A stretch of DNA of 64,000 nt from Mobula hypostoma (GCF_963921235.1 NC_086110.1:13702001-13766000), one strand, 5' to 3'; shown: positions 49,926 to 63,745, counted from the first letter of the stretch. Notes: generated by a model not told the origin, from the letters alone. Made by a program: numbers and translations.

Positions 49926-50129
49926 CTGTATCGCTGTCAAGTTCCACTGCCGGAGCAAGACTGGAACCTTGCTGTGTCTAGATAAAGAACTCCGTTTCGT
50001 TGTTTGGAACTGTCTCTTTGTGTCCTCACATTCCCTAGGTAGGTCGGGACGTTTGCCGCTACCTAGTCTTCAAACTGTATCTGTGTCCACGCCATCGCCA
50101 AGTAGATCCGGCCATTTGCCGTTACCTTT

Positions 50130-50435
50130 TGTTAGTCGTGTTCAGCATTCTGTGTAGAGACCCGGCCCAAATCCCGTTACCCAGGAGGGGTCCCGGCTCT
50201 GTGTGCCATGTCCGAGTCCCGGGCCTAAGTCCTGTTCCCAAGGAAGGGTCCTGGCTCTGTGTTCCATGTCCCTCTGTTCCTGTCTCTCAAGTCCAAGGCT
50301 TCCTGTTTCCGTGCTCCTGACCAAGGCTTTGTGTTCCTGTCCTGTCTCCCAAGATTACGTCATGTCTTCGCCTAGTCCTGGAGTCCGAGCCCGAATCAAG
50401 TCCCAGGTCTGGCTTAGAGTGCGAACCCAAGCCTT
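50130..50435 (-). repeat. Low-complexity LTR-like repeat resembling 62996-63745
   Basis: Minus strand has ggac/gaca-rich repeats and a catgacgt motif like those at 63040-63400. Confidence 0.45.
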
Positions 50436-50532
50436 CCAAAATTTAAAAAATCGTTTTTATCACATAACCAGACATGGGTTTCTTGTAAAAAAATTATAGC
50501 AGGTTGGAATCGGTTAATAATTTTAAATGTTT

Positions 50533-51058
50533 TAGAACATAGAACATAGAATAGTAGAGCACATTAAAGGCCCTTCGGCCCACATTGTTGTGCCGACCCA
50601 CAAGCCCTGCCTCCCATATAACCCCCCAACTTAAATTCCTCTATAGACCTGTCTAGTAGTCTCTTAAACGTCACGAGCGTTTCTGCCTCCACCACTGACT
50701 CAGGCAGTGCATTCCACGAACCAACCTCTCTCTGAGTAAATATCTTCCTCTAATATCCCCCTTGAACTTCCTACCCCTTACCTTAAAGCCACGTCCTCTT
50801 CTATTGAGCAGTGATACCCCGTGGAAGAGGCGCTGGCTATCTACACCATCTATTCCTCTTAATATCTTGTACACCTCTGTCATGTCTCTTCTCGTCCTCC
50901 TTCTCTCCAAAGAGTAAAGCCCTAGCTCCTTTAATCTCTGATCATAATCCATGCACTCGAAACCAGGCAGCATCCTGGTAAATCTCCTCTGTACCCCTTC
51001 CAATGTTACCACATCCTTCCTACAGTGAGGCGACCAGAACTGGACTCAGTGTTCCAAG
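50533..51058 (-). mobile_element. CR1 3' fragment
   Basis: Minus ORF 50671-51012 and an (atgttct)n tail. Confidence 0.9.
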
Positions 51059-52439
51059 CAACACAAATCAAAGTTGTTGGTGAACGCAGCAGCCAAGGCA
51101 GCATCCCTAGGACGCGGTACAGGAAGATACGCACTGGATGAGATTGTAACTATGATTTATGAAGGCCCGTATATAATTGACCTGCCTAAAGTATCTGCAG
51201 TCGTTCTTCTATAGCAAATAGAATAATTTAAATAGTTAACTTCTTTGCGAGTTATCAAAATTGATACAGAGGAAAAATTCCCCTGTCAGCTATGGAGCAC
51301 GTAAATCATATAAATATACTGCGTGAATTCTTTAAACACAACGTGACCGTGGTACACCAGTCATCATGCAGCCCTAACGGTGTGTGATCTTGGTTTAATG
51401 GCTATCACATCCGATACAGTTGGAAATGAGGCTCTGCTGCGCACTTTCTCTTCGTACGAGGGTAACACTGCACAAGGCTTAGAAATTAATATATTCATGA
51501 GAGCCCTACATCACCTCGCTATGTACTTTTATAACATTTTCACTCTGGGATTGAACCCCATTATATCTAATTACTTTCTTATTCATTCCTCATTATGACC
51601 ACTCCCATATATTTATTAGATCCTCACTATATTCTTTTTTTATTCTTTCTAAAAGAATGAAAAATCGTAGATGTCTCCACAGCATCGCCCATCTGCCTGC
51701 CTCTAACATCTAAAACATTCCCTTAACTCTTATGACATGGAATACATTTTTCAGTGTATTCTGCAATTATATACAAAAGAAAATTTAAGATGACTTTCTA
51801 ATGCATATTTAAACAGCTTCGTTCCATAGAGGACCTTAAAATTCTGCGAAAATGAATATTTTTCTTTATTAAATGTAATGTATCTGCACCTTTTTGAATG
51901 CAAACGATATTTTCTGCCTATCCATTTTCCTCTTGGCATGCTTTCACAGTATTTCCTTTGATGCTTTTCGGACAATTAAAAACAACACAAATTATTTTAT
52001 AAAACGATAAGTAGACAAAATGATGATCATGCATTTGAACGTCTTTTCTAAAGTTAAACAGGCTGAAGCTATGGATCTATATCTGCTACTGTGCGATCGA
52101 GAATCTCCAAAGGAAAGGCCCCAAATCCTTGGCCTTGCCTATTTTCTGTTACTGGGGCCGGGGTGGAAGCGCTCGGCAGAGCTGGTGCTCGGTGCATTGG
52201 TGTCGGAGAGCTGGTCGGAGGTTCGGAGTTTTCGGATGGACTCGCAGTCGGACTGTGGTCGGATGCTTCTGGAATGCTGCTTCGACCCCTGGAGCGTAGA
52301 AGAATGAGGGGAGATTTGATAGAGGTATATAAAATTATGATGAAAATAGATAGAGTGAATGCAAGCAGGCTTTTTCCATTGAGGCAAGGGGAGAAAAAAA
52401 ACAGAGGACATGGGATAAGGGTGAGGGGGGAAAAGTTTA

Positions 52440-55400
52440 CCATAGAAACCATAGAAACTACAGCACAGAAACAGGCCTTTTGGCCCTTCTTGGCTGTGCT
52501 GAACCATTTTCTGCCTAGTCCCACTGACCTGCACACGGACCATATCCCTCCATACACCTCCCATACATTTATCTGTCCAATTTATTCTTAAATGTTAAAA
52601 AAGAACCTGCATTTACCACCTCATCTGGCAGCTCATTCCATACTCCCACCACTCTCTGTGTGAAGAAGCCCCCCCCCCAAATGTTCCCTTTAAACTTTTC
52701 CCCCCTTACCCTTCACCCATGTCCTCTGGTTTTTTTCTCCCCTTGCCTCAGTGGAAAAAGCCTGCTTACATTCACTCTATCTATACCCATCATAATTTTA
52801 TATACCTCTATCAAATCTCCCCTCATTCTTCTACGCTCCAGGGAATAAAGTCCTAAACTATTCAACCTTTCTCTGTAACTCAGTTTCTCAAGTCCTGGCA
52901 ACATCCTTGTAAACCTTCTCTGCACTCTTTCAACCTTATTTATATCCTTCCTGTAATTTGGTGACCAAAACTGAACACAATACTCCAGATTCGGCCTCAC
53001 CAATCCCTTATACAACCTCATCATAACATTCCAGCTCTTACACTCAGTACTTTGATTAATAAAGGCCAATGTACCAAAAGCTCTCTTTACAAACCTGTCA
53101 ACTTGTGACGCCACTTTTAGGGAATTTTGCATCTGTATTCCCAGATCCCTCTGTTCAACTGCACTCCTCAGTGCCTGACCATTAACCGTGTATGTTCTAC
53201 CTTGGTTTGTCCTTCCAACGTGCAATACCTCACACGTGTCTGTATTAAACTCATTCTGCCAGTTTTCAGCTCATTTTTCCAGCTGGTCCAAGTCTGTCTG
53301 CAGGCTCTGAAAACCTTCCTCACTGTCTACTACACCTCCAATCTTTGTATCATCATCAAATTTGCTAATCCAATTTACCACATTATCATCCAGATCATTG
53401 ATATATATGACAAATAACAATGGACCAGCACTGATCCCTGCAGCACACCACTAGTCACAGGCTTCCACTCAGAGAAGCAATTCTCTACCACCACTCTTTG
53501 GCTTCTTCCATTGAGCCAATGTCTAATCCAATTTACCACCTCTCCATGTATACCTAGCGACTGAATTTTCCTAACTAACCTCCCATGCGGGACCTTGTCA
53601 AAGGCCTTACTGAAATCTATGTAGACAATATCCACTGCCTTCCCTTCATCCACTTTCCTGGTAACCTCCTCGAAAAACTCCAATAGATTGGTCAAACATG
53701 ACCTACCACGCACAAAGCCATGTTGACTCTCCCCAATACGTCCCTGTCTATCCAAATGCTTGTAGATTCTGTCTCTTAGTACTCCCTCCAATAATTTACC
53801 CACTACCGACGTTAAACACACCGGCCTATAATTTCCCGGATTACGCTTCGATCCTTTTTTAAACAACGGGGCAACATGAGCCACTCTCCAATCCTCCAGC
53901 ACCTCACCAGTAGACAACGACATTTTAAATATTTCTGCCAGGGCCCCCGCAATTTCAACACAAGTCTCCTTCAAGGTCCGAGGGAACACTCTGTCAGGTC
54001 CCGGGGATTTATCCACTTTAATTTTCCTCAGGACAGCAAGCATCTCCTCCTATTCAATCTGTACAGTTTCCAGGATCTGACTACTTGATTCCCTCAATTC
54101 CATAGACTTCATGCCAGTTTCCTTAGTAAATACAGACGCAAAAAAACTATTTAATATCTCTCCCATTTCCTTTGGTTCCGCACATAGCCGACCACTCTGA
54201 TCTTCAAGAGGACCAATTTTATCCCTTACAATCCTTTTGCTCTTAATATACCTGTAACAGCTCTTTGGATTATCCTTCACTTTGACTGCCAAGGCAACCT
54301 CATGTCTTCTTTTAGCCCTCCTGATTACTTTCTTAAGTATTTCTTGCACTTCTTATACTCCTCAAGCACCTGATTTACTCCCTGTTTCCTATACATTTCA
54401 TACAACTCCTTCTTCTTCTTTATCAGAGTTGCAATATCCCTTGAGAACTAAGGTTCCTTATTCCTATTCAATTTGCCTTTAATCCTGACAGGAACATACA
54501 AACTCTGCACTCTCAAAATTTCCCCTTTGAAGGCTTCCCACCTACCAATCACATCTTTGCCAGAGAACAACCTGTCCCAATCGCTTTCTAGATCCTTTCT
54601 CATTTCTTCAAAGTTGGCCTTCTTCCAGTTCAGAACCTCAACCCTAGGACCAGATCTATCCTTGTCCATGACCAAATTGAAACTAATGGTGTTATGATCA
54701 CTGTAACCAAAGTGCTCCCCTACACAGACTTCAGTCACTTGTCCTAACTCGTTTCCTAACAGGACATCCAATATGGCATCCCCTCTAGTTGGTCCCTCTA
54801 TATATTGATTTAGAAAACTTTCCTGAACACATTTTACAAGCTCTAAACCATCTAGACCCCTAACAGTATGGGAGTCCCAATCAATGTATGCAAAATTAAA
54901 ATCCCCTACCACCACAACTTTATGTTTCCTGCAGTTGCCTGCTATCTCTCTGCGGATTTGCTCTTCCAAGTCTAGTTGACTATTGGGTGGTCTGTAATCC
55001 AATCCCACTAATGTGGCCATACCTTTCCTGTTTCTTAGCTCCACCCATAAGGACTCGGTAGACAAGCCCTCTAATTTGTCCTGCCTGAGTACTGCTGTAA
55101 TAGTTTCCCTAACAAGCAATGCTACTCCCCCACCTTTCATTCCTCTGCCTCGATCACATCTGAAACATCGGAACCCTGGAATATTAAGCTGCCAGTCCTG
55201 CCCCTTCTGCAGCCAAGTTTCACTAATTGCTATAATGCTATCATGGTGAAATGATCGGACAAAGTCAGCATGGATTTGTGAAAGGAAAATCATGTCTGAC
55301 GAATCTCATAGAATTTTTTGAGGATGTAACTAGTAGAGTGGATAGGGGAGAACCAGTGGATGTGGTATGTTTGGATTTTCAAAAGGCTTTTGACAAGGTC

Positions 55401-58009
55401 CCACACAGGAGATTAGTGTGCAAACTTAAAGCACACGGTATTGGGGGTAAGGTATTGGTGTGGGTGGTGAATTGCTTAGCAGACAGGAAGCAAAGAGTGG
55501 GAATAAACGGGACCTTTTCAGAATGGCAGGCGGTGACTAGTGGGGTACCGCAAGGCTCAGTGCTGGGACCCCAGTTGTTTACAATATATATTAATGACTT
55601 GGATGAGGGAATTAAATGCAGCATCTCCAAGTTTGCGGATGACACGAAGCTGGGTGGCAGTGTTAGCAGTGAGGAGGATGCTAAGAGGATGCAGGGTGAC
55701 TTGGATAGGTTGGGTGAGTGGGCAAACTCGTGGCAGATGCAATTTAATGTGGATAAATGTGAAGTTATCCACTTTGGTGGCAAAAATAGGAAAACAGATT
55801 ATTATCTGAATGGTGGCCGATTAGGAAAAGGGGAGGTGCAACGAGACCTGGGTGTCATTATACACCAGTCATTGAAAGTGGGCATGCAGGTACAGCAGGC
55901 GGTGAAAAAGGCGAACGGTATGCTGGCATTTATAGCGAGAGGATTCGAGTACAGGAGCAGGGAGGTACTACTGCAGTTGTACAAGGCCTTGGTGAGACCA
56001 CACCTGGAGTATTGTGTGCAGTTTTGGTCCCCTAATCTGAGGAAAGACTTCTTTGCCATAGAGGGAGTACAAAGAAGGTTCACCAGATTGATTCCTGGGA
56101 TGGCAGGTCTTTCATATGAAGAAAGACTGGATGAACTGGGCTTGTACTCGTTGGAATTTAGAAGATTGAGGGGGGATCTGATTGAAACGTATAAGATCCT
56201 AAAGGGATTGGACAGGCTAGATGCGGGAAGATTGTTCCCGATGTTGGGGAGGTCCAGAACGAGGGGTCACAGTTTGAGGATAGAGGGGAAGCCTTTTAGG
56301 ACCGAGATTAGGAAAAACTTCTTCACACAGAGAGTGGTGAATCTGTGGAATTCTCTGCCACAGCAAACTGTTGAGGCCAGTTCATTAGCTATGTTTAAAA
56401 GGAAGTTAGATATGGCCCTTGTGGCTACAGGGGTCAGGGGGTATGGAGGGAAGGCTGGGTTCTGAGTTGGATGATCAGCCATGATCATAATAAATGGCGG
56501 TGCAGGCTCGAAGGGCCGAATGGCCTACTCCTGCACCTATTTTCTATGTTTCTATGTTTCTATGTTTCTATAACGTCATAATTCCACGTGTCAATCCACG
56601 CCTTCAACTCATCCACCTTCCCCGCAATACTCTTAGCATTGAAATATATACACCTCAGAAGATACTTACCACCACTCACACCTTTCTATCAGCGGATTTG
56701 CTTGAACTCTTTACATCATTTATTTTCACCCCAGCCACACCGTCAGCTCTGCCACTCTGGTTCCCATCCCCCTGCAAATCTAGTTTAAAGCCTCCCCAAT
56801 AGCATTAACAAACCTCCCTGCAAGGATATTGGCCCCCCTGTAGTTCAAGTGTAACACGTCTCTCTTGTACAGGTCCCACCTGCCCCAGAAGAGGTCCCAA
56901 TGGTCTTGAAATCTGAACCCCTGCCCCCTGCACCAGTTCCTCAGCCACTTGTTCATCCTCCAGAGCATCCTATTCCTACCCTCACTGGCACCTAGCACAG
57001 GTAGCAATCCTAAGATTACCACCCTTGAGGTCCTGCTTTTCAACTTCCTACCAAGCTCTCTATACTCACTCTCCAGGACCTCCTCACTCTTCCTTGCTAT
57101 GTCATTGGTACCGATGTGCACCACGACATCTGGCTGGTATCCCTCCCACTTCAGAATGTCATGCAATCGATCAGAGACATCCTTGAACCTGTCACCCGGG
57201 AGGCAACAAACCATCCTGGATTCTCTGTCACGACCACAGAACCTCCTATCTGCACCTCTGACTATCGAATCCCCTATCACTACCGCTCTCCTCTATTTCC
57301 ACCCTCCCTTCTGCACTGCAGAGCCAGACCCAGTGCCAGAGATCCGGCTACTGCACCTTGTCCCAGGTAAGTCATCCCCCCCCAAATAGTATCCAATGCA
57401 GTATACACGTTGTTGAGGGGAATGGCCACAGGGGAACCCTGCTCTGCCTGCCCTTTCCTCTTCCCTCGCCTGACAGTAACCCAATTTCCTGTCCTCTGCT
57501 CCTTTGGCGTAACTACCTCCCTGTAGCTACTATCTATAATCTGCTCATCCTCCCGAATGATCCGCAGGTCATCCAGCTCCTGCTCCAGTTCCCTAACGCG
57601 GTCTGTCAGGAGCTGCAGCTGGATGCACTTCTTGCAGGTGTCGTTGTCAGGGACACCAGAGGGCTCCCTGACTCCCCACATCCTGCAAGAGGAGCATTCC
57701 AAAATCCTGCCTGGCATTCTCACTGCACTAAACAATTTGAACAAAGAAACTTACCGGAACCTACCCTGGCCTCTGCCTGCTCTCGCCGAAGCCTGTTTGA
57801 GCCAAAGCCGTCCCACTCTGACTCAGTCCACTCCGACGATGGCCGCTGTATATGTTGGTCTGCTTTTAAACCTTGGTGCGCTACGTCACGCGCCTGCGCT
57901 GTGCAGACCCTTCTCCCCGAGCAGTGTTAAAAAAAAAACAACTTTTTCTACCCGATCTCTTCACTCCCTTCTTCTCAGCTGCTTGCTTCGACTGAAACCG
58001 AACCTTAGC
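52440..58009 (-). mobile_element. Near-full-length CR1 (ORF1 and ORF2)
   Basis: ORF1 57280-57744 (CSSCRMW...CKKC) and 56780-57280 (IGDSIV, VHIGTND), ORF2 pieces 52713-55293, and a (gtttctatg)n tail at 52440. Confidence 0.95.
55245..56570 (+). mobile_element. Young CR1 RT fragment inserted in the endonuclease start of the minus-strand CR1
   Basis: Open 404-aa ORF. CTATAA at 55230-55235 and 56568-56573, with a 9-nt filler at 55236-55244. Confidence 0.97.
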
Positions 58010-58651
58010 GGGAGCTTCTTCACACAGAGAGTGGTGGGAGTATGGAATGAGCTGCCAGATGAGGTGGTAAATGCGGGTTCTTTTTTAATATTTAAGAATA
58101 AATTGGACAGATACATGGATGGGAGGTGTATGGAGGGATATGGTCCGTGTGCAGGTCAGTGGGACTAGGCAGAAAATGGTTTGGCACAGCCAAGAAGGGC
58201 CAAAAGGCCTGTTTCTGTGCTGTAGTTTCAATGGTTTCTATGGTTTCTATGGCAAGTTTGCAGCACTGGAGGTTTACCGCCTGCGTGAGATGATGGGACC
58301 TTCGAGAGACTTTGAGATTTTACCGTGCCCATCGTCTGTTCTTATCAAATTACGGTATTGCTTTGCACTGTTGGAACAATATGTTATAATTCTGTGTTTT
58401 TTCTCAGTTTTTCAGTCTTGGTTTGTCATGTGTTTCTGTGATATCATTCTGGTACAACATTGTATCATTTCATAATGCATGCATTACTAAATGACAATAA
58501 AAGAGGACTGCGTGTCCTCATAATCTAATCTAATCTAATCTGATATGTAGGTATTCAGAAATCCCAGCTGTTTCAATGTCTTGCTTTGTGCATCACCTTT
58601 TCATGTTTTAATCATACTGCCCACAATTCAGTGGATCTCGAATTTGAATTA

Positions 58652-58810
58652 TACGAGGGGTTATTGATAAATTCGTGGCCTAAGGTAGAAGGAGATGAGT
58701 TAGTAACTTCAAATGTTCTGCATAATCGTTTACTGCATGTGCATGCAACGAGAGCTGTATAAATCACCACCGTCTGCCCTAGGCCACGAATTTACCAATC
58801 ACGCTCCATA
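58652..58810. mobile_element. Mariner-type MITE
   Basis: 37-bp terminal inverted repeats tacgaggggttattgataaattcgtggcctaaggtag, 29/37 matching, with TA ends. Confidence 0.8.
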
Positions 58811-59689
58811 TGTTACAATAGTAATAGAAATTATGCATTCGTGTTCTCTCGGAATTATAGCGAAAAATGTCAATATACTATCAACTGCTACAAATCACTA
58901 AAGAATTCAATGTCTCATTCTTTTTTATGCTTCATGGTCTGAACGTAAAATGACATACAGAATATGAAGTAAAAAGATGGACAATTGCAGATAAATTTAT
59001 AATGTCGGAATGTGGAAAATATTAAAATACTTCCATTAGTCAGGTGAAACATTTGTATTTTAAGTCAGGGTTTACACTTTCCTAGACAATTGTTAATCAC
59101 ATTATGCTATCAAAATGTCATATATTTCTTAATGAGGTTAATTTTCTGTCGTCAAGCCCCTTTAGTCCACACTTACTTTTTTTTATATATGAGATTTTTT
59201 AAAAACAGAGAGCGTTCCTTCCATTGAGTACCTTGCATATTCGTTCTGCAAAAATTATCAACTGACCTAAAATTGCCAAATCACCCTGAGTACAAACGAG
59301 TATAAGCATAATCGTACGATAATCTACAGTCTAACGTATGGGGTACTGTAGGTGGCTGCTAATATGCTGTGCTTAAAGAGTTGAGCATGATAACATCAAA
59401 TTCATAGGAGAAAACAAAATGTGAAACAATAGATGGACTATTTTAAAGGTACACGGATTAGAGTACTTGTGGTTGTTCAAAATCTACAAATCTCAAAATT
59501 GTAACGTTGTCTGATTTGTCATGTTCTATAATATGGGATTACCCCCAAGAAATGCAATTTCACCCCATTTCTCAATCCTTTTTGTCTTGAATATGAGAGT
59601 AGTTCTAAGCACAGTAAAAACATTTCCATAACGTGCTGTAGATTTACATCTTCATATCTTACGCACATTTAGGATGATTGACTGACTAT

Positions 59690-62685
59690 TTTGAGTCAGT
59701 ATGGGTAGAAGTCAGGAACAGGAAATGAGCAGTTGCTCTATTGGGAGTATCTTATGGGCCTCCCTGATAGCAGCAGAGATACCGAGGAGCAGATTGAGAG
59801 GCAGATTTTGAAAAGGTGCAAAAATAATAGGGTTGTTATCATGGGTGACTTTAAATTCCCTAATATTGATTGGCACCTAATTAGTTCCAATGGTCTAGAC
59901 GGGACAGAGTTTGTTAAGTGCGTCCAGGACGGATTCCTGTCACAGTATGTTGACAGCCGACTAGTGGGAATGCCATACTAGAGCTAGTATAAGGTAACGA
60001 ACCGGGTCAGGTCACAGATATCTCAATGGGTTAGCATCTGGGGGGACAATGACCACCGCTCCCTGGCCTTTAGCATTATCATGGAAAAGCGCAGAATCAG
60101 AGAAGTCAGGAATATTTTGAATTGGGGAAAGGGAAATTATAAGACTATAAGGCTAGAACTTATGGTTGAGAATTGGAATTATGTTTTTGCAAGGAAATGT
60201 ACTATGGAAATGAGGTCGATGTCTAGGGATCTCCTGCAGGATGTTAGGGATAAATTTGTCCCGATGAGGAAGATAAAGAATGGTAAGGTGAAGGAACCAT
60301 GGGTGACAAGTGAGGTGGAGGATCCAGTCAGGCGGAAGACGGCAGCATACGTGAGGTTTAGGAAGCAAGAATCAGATCGGTCCATTGAGGAATATAGGGT
60401 AACAAAAACGACCTTAAGAAGGGGCTGAGGAGAGCGAGAAGGGGACAATAGGAAGGCTTTGGCGATGAGGGTAAAGGAAAACCCCAAGGTATTCTTCAAT
60501 TATGTGAAGAACAAAAGGGCAGGACTTTCATATGATGAAAGACTGGATCGGCTAGGCTTATACTCGTTGTAATTTAGGAGATTGAGGGGGGATCTTTTTG
60601 AAACGTATAAAATCCTAAAGGAATTGACAAGCCAGATGCAGGAAGATTGTTCCTGATGTTGGGGAAGTCCATAACGAGAGGTCACAGTTTGAGGATAAAG
60701 GGGAAGCCTTTTAGGACCCAGATTAGGAAAAACTTCTTCATACAGAGAGTGGTGAATCTGTGGAATTCTCCGCCACAGGAAACAGTTGAGGCCAGTTCAT
60801 TGGGTATATTTAAGAGGGAGTTAGATAGGGCCCTTGTGGCTAAAAGGATCAGGGGGTATGGAGAGAAGGCAGGTACAGGGTTCTGAGTTGGATGAGCAGC
60901 CATGATCATACTGAATGGCGGTGCAGGCTCAAAGGGCTGAATGGCCTACTCCTGCACCTATTTTCTATGTTTCTATGTCCGATTAGCGATAAAGGTGGCA
61001 CGATATGCCTAGAGGCTCTGGAAGTGAGCGAGGTCCTCAATGAATACTTCTCTCAGGTATTTATCAATGAGAGGGAACTTGATGACGGTGAGGACAATAC
61101 GACTGAGGTTGATGTTCAGGAGCATATCGATATTAAGGGAGAGGAGGTGTTGGAGTTGTTAAAATACATTAGGACTGATAAGTCCCCGGGGCCTGACGGA
61201 ATATTCCTCAGCCTGCTCCACGATGCGAGGGAAAAGATTTCTGAGCCTCTGGCTAGGATCCTTATGTCCTCGTTGTCGACAGGAACGGTACCAGGGAATT
61301 GGAGGGAGGCGAATGTCGTCCCCTTGATCTAAAAAGGTAGTACGGATAGTCCAGATAATTAAAGACCAGTAAGCCTGACGTCTGTAGTGGGAAAGCTGTT
61401 AGAAAAGATTCTTAGAGACAGGATCTATGGCATTTAGAGAATCATGGTCTGATCAGGGACAGTCAGCATGGCTATGTGAAGGGCAGGTCGTGTACAACAA
61501 GCCCGATAGTGTTCTTTGAGTATTTCAACAGGCATATAGATGAGGGTAGTGCAGTGGATGTGATCTACATGGATTTTAGTAAGGCATTTGACTAGGTTCC
61601 ACACGGTTAGGCTTAGTCAGAGAGTCAGAAGGCATGGGATCCAGGGAAGTTTGTCCAGTTGTATTCTGAATTGGCTTAGCTGTAGAAGGCAGAGGGTCGT
61701 GTTGGAGGGAGTGCATTCGGATTGGAAGGTTATGATTAGTGGTGTCATAGGATCGATTCTGCGACACCTACTTTTCGTGGTTTTTATTAACGACCTGGAT
61801 GTGGGGGTAGAAGTGTGGGTTGTCAAGTTTACAGTGCAGAGGACTATCCAAGATTACAGAGAGACAATGAGAGAATTAAAAAGTGGACTGCGAAATGGCA
61901 GATGGAGTTCAACCCGGAGAAGTGTGAGGTGGTACACTTTGCAAGGACATACTCCAAGGCAGAGTACTAAGTACATGGCAAGAAACTTGGAAGTGTGGAG
62001 GAGCAGAAGGATCTGGCGGTACATGTCCACAGATCTCTGAAAATTGTCTCACAGCTATAGAGCGTAGTTAAGAAATCTTATGGAGTGTTAGCTTTCATAA
62101 GTCGAGGGATAAAGTTTAAGAGTCGCGGGGTAATGATGCAGGCCACGTTTGAGTACTCCATTAGGCCAGTCTTGGAGTACTGTGTCCAATTCTGGTCGCC
62201 CTACTGCAGGAAGGATGTTGAAGCATTGGAAAGGGTACAGAGGAGATTTACCAGGATACCGTGTGGTTTATAGAGTATGCATTATGATCAGAGATAAAAG
62301 AGCTAGTGCTTTACTCTCCAGATTAAAGAAGGATGAGAGGAGACGTGATGGAGGTATACAAGATATTAAGAGGAATTGATAGAGTGGAAGTCCAGCGCCT
62401 CTTCCCCAGGGCACCACTGCTCAATACAAGAGGAAGTGGCTTTAAGATAAGGGGTGGAAAGTTCAAGGGGAATATTAGAGGAAGGTTTTTACTTAGAGAG
62501 TTGTTGGTGCGTGGAATGCACTGCCTGAGTCAGTGGTAGAGGCAGATACACTAGTGAAATTTAAGAGACTACTAGACAGGTATATGGAGGAATTTAATGT
62601 GGGGGGTTACATGGGAGGCAGGGTTTAAGGGTCGGCACAATTTTGTGGGCCGAAGGGCCTGTACTCTGCTGTACTGTTCTATGTT
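59690..62685 (+). mobile_element. Decayed CR1 (same subfamily as 871-4088) with a nested CR1 at 60518-60978
   Basis: Colinear with the 1490-4070 copy. The insert replaces about 20 bp between aaaagg and ccgattag. Confidence 0.9.
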
Positions 62686-62995
62686 CTATAATATTTTATT
62701 AGTTTTCCTCAAGCAACTTCAGATTCATCTGATCCAATGATTTCCAGGAAGATAGCCGACTCTTCTGCGAAGCATACTACAGAAATTCAAAGTTCAAAGA
62801 AAATTTACTTTCAAAGTACGTATATGTCACCGTATAAAACCCTGACATTCATTGACTGGCAGGCATACTCAATAAATCCATGGAATAATAAAATTAACAT
62901 GATCAATGAACCACTGCACCAAAGTGGACGTACAACCAGTTTGAAAGTCTACAAACTGAGCAAATGCAAAAGGAAAGACATAATAAGAAGTAAAT

Positions 62996-63745
62996 TGTCA
63001 TAAGGGGGCGCTGGTAGCGGACCTAATTGCAAGGCACAGACAATGACGTCCTGGGAACCAGACTTGGAGTGTCAAGAAGGCAAGGGAAGTCGGAATGAAA
63101 CGATGCTGGACATGGACACAGACCATGGACGAGACAAGGACACCGGACCTGGGCTAGCACTTGGACTGGGAGCGTAGGACTTGGGCGAGGAACTTGGAAC
63201 AAGGAGCCTGGACTAGGTCTCCGAGCCAGAGACTGGACAGGGACCCAGAACATGGGTCTTGACTCCGGCTCGGAATCAGGATCCAGGCGAGGTCTCGGGA
63301 CGAGGAACAGACGAGACACAAAAATAGTACAGGGAATATGAAACCTTGACATGGACTGGAGGAGGCTCCAGGACGAGGCTTGGACAAGGAGAGGTTCTTG
63401 AGCTTGACGAGAGACTCTAGGACTGGACGAGCAATTCCCAGTCAGGGCGAGGTACTCCAGCACTGGGCTGGGCGTGGAACTCCGGGTTCCGCTGGGCTTG
63501 GCTCTTGACCCTTGGACTGGACGAGGTACGCCTGGCGGGACGTGGCTCCAGGACCCGGCTTGGCTCGGCTCTTGGGTACTTGGCTGGACTCGGCCCTTGG
63601 ATTGGGCTTGGCTAGGCTCTTGGGTACTGGGCTGGGCTCGGCTCTTGGATACTTAGCTGGACTCGGCCCTTGGACAGTGCTTGGCTGGGCTCTTGGGTAC
63701 TTGGACTGGGCTTGGCTGGCTCTTAGGTACTTGACTAGGCTCTCG
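62996..63745 (+). repeat. LTR-like element head followed by GC-rich tandem repeats
   Basis: Starts TGTCATAAGGGGG...gcggacctaattgcaa. Repeats of ggctcttgggtacttggctggactcggcccttgga-like units at 63555-63745. Confidence 0.55.

Larger units (their letters stand above)
52287..58252 (+). mobile_element. Short CR1 3' fragment in two halves (52287-52439 and 58010-58252)
   Basis: The halves are consecutive parts of the sequence seen intact at about 23415-23825. About 15 bp are lost at the junction. Confidence 0.85.
52090..58540 (+). mobile_element. LINE 3'-UTR (Rex1/L2-like) split by three successive CR1 insertions
   Basis: Left part 52090-52286, right part 58253-58540 ending aatgacaataaaagaggactgcgtgtcctca(taatc)n. 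That the two halves belong together is inferred. Confidence 0.55.
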
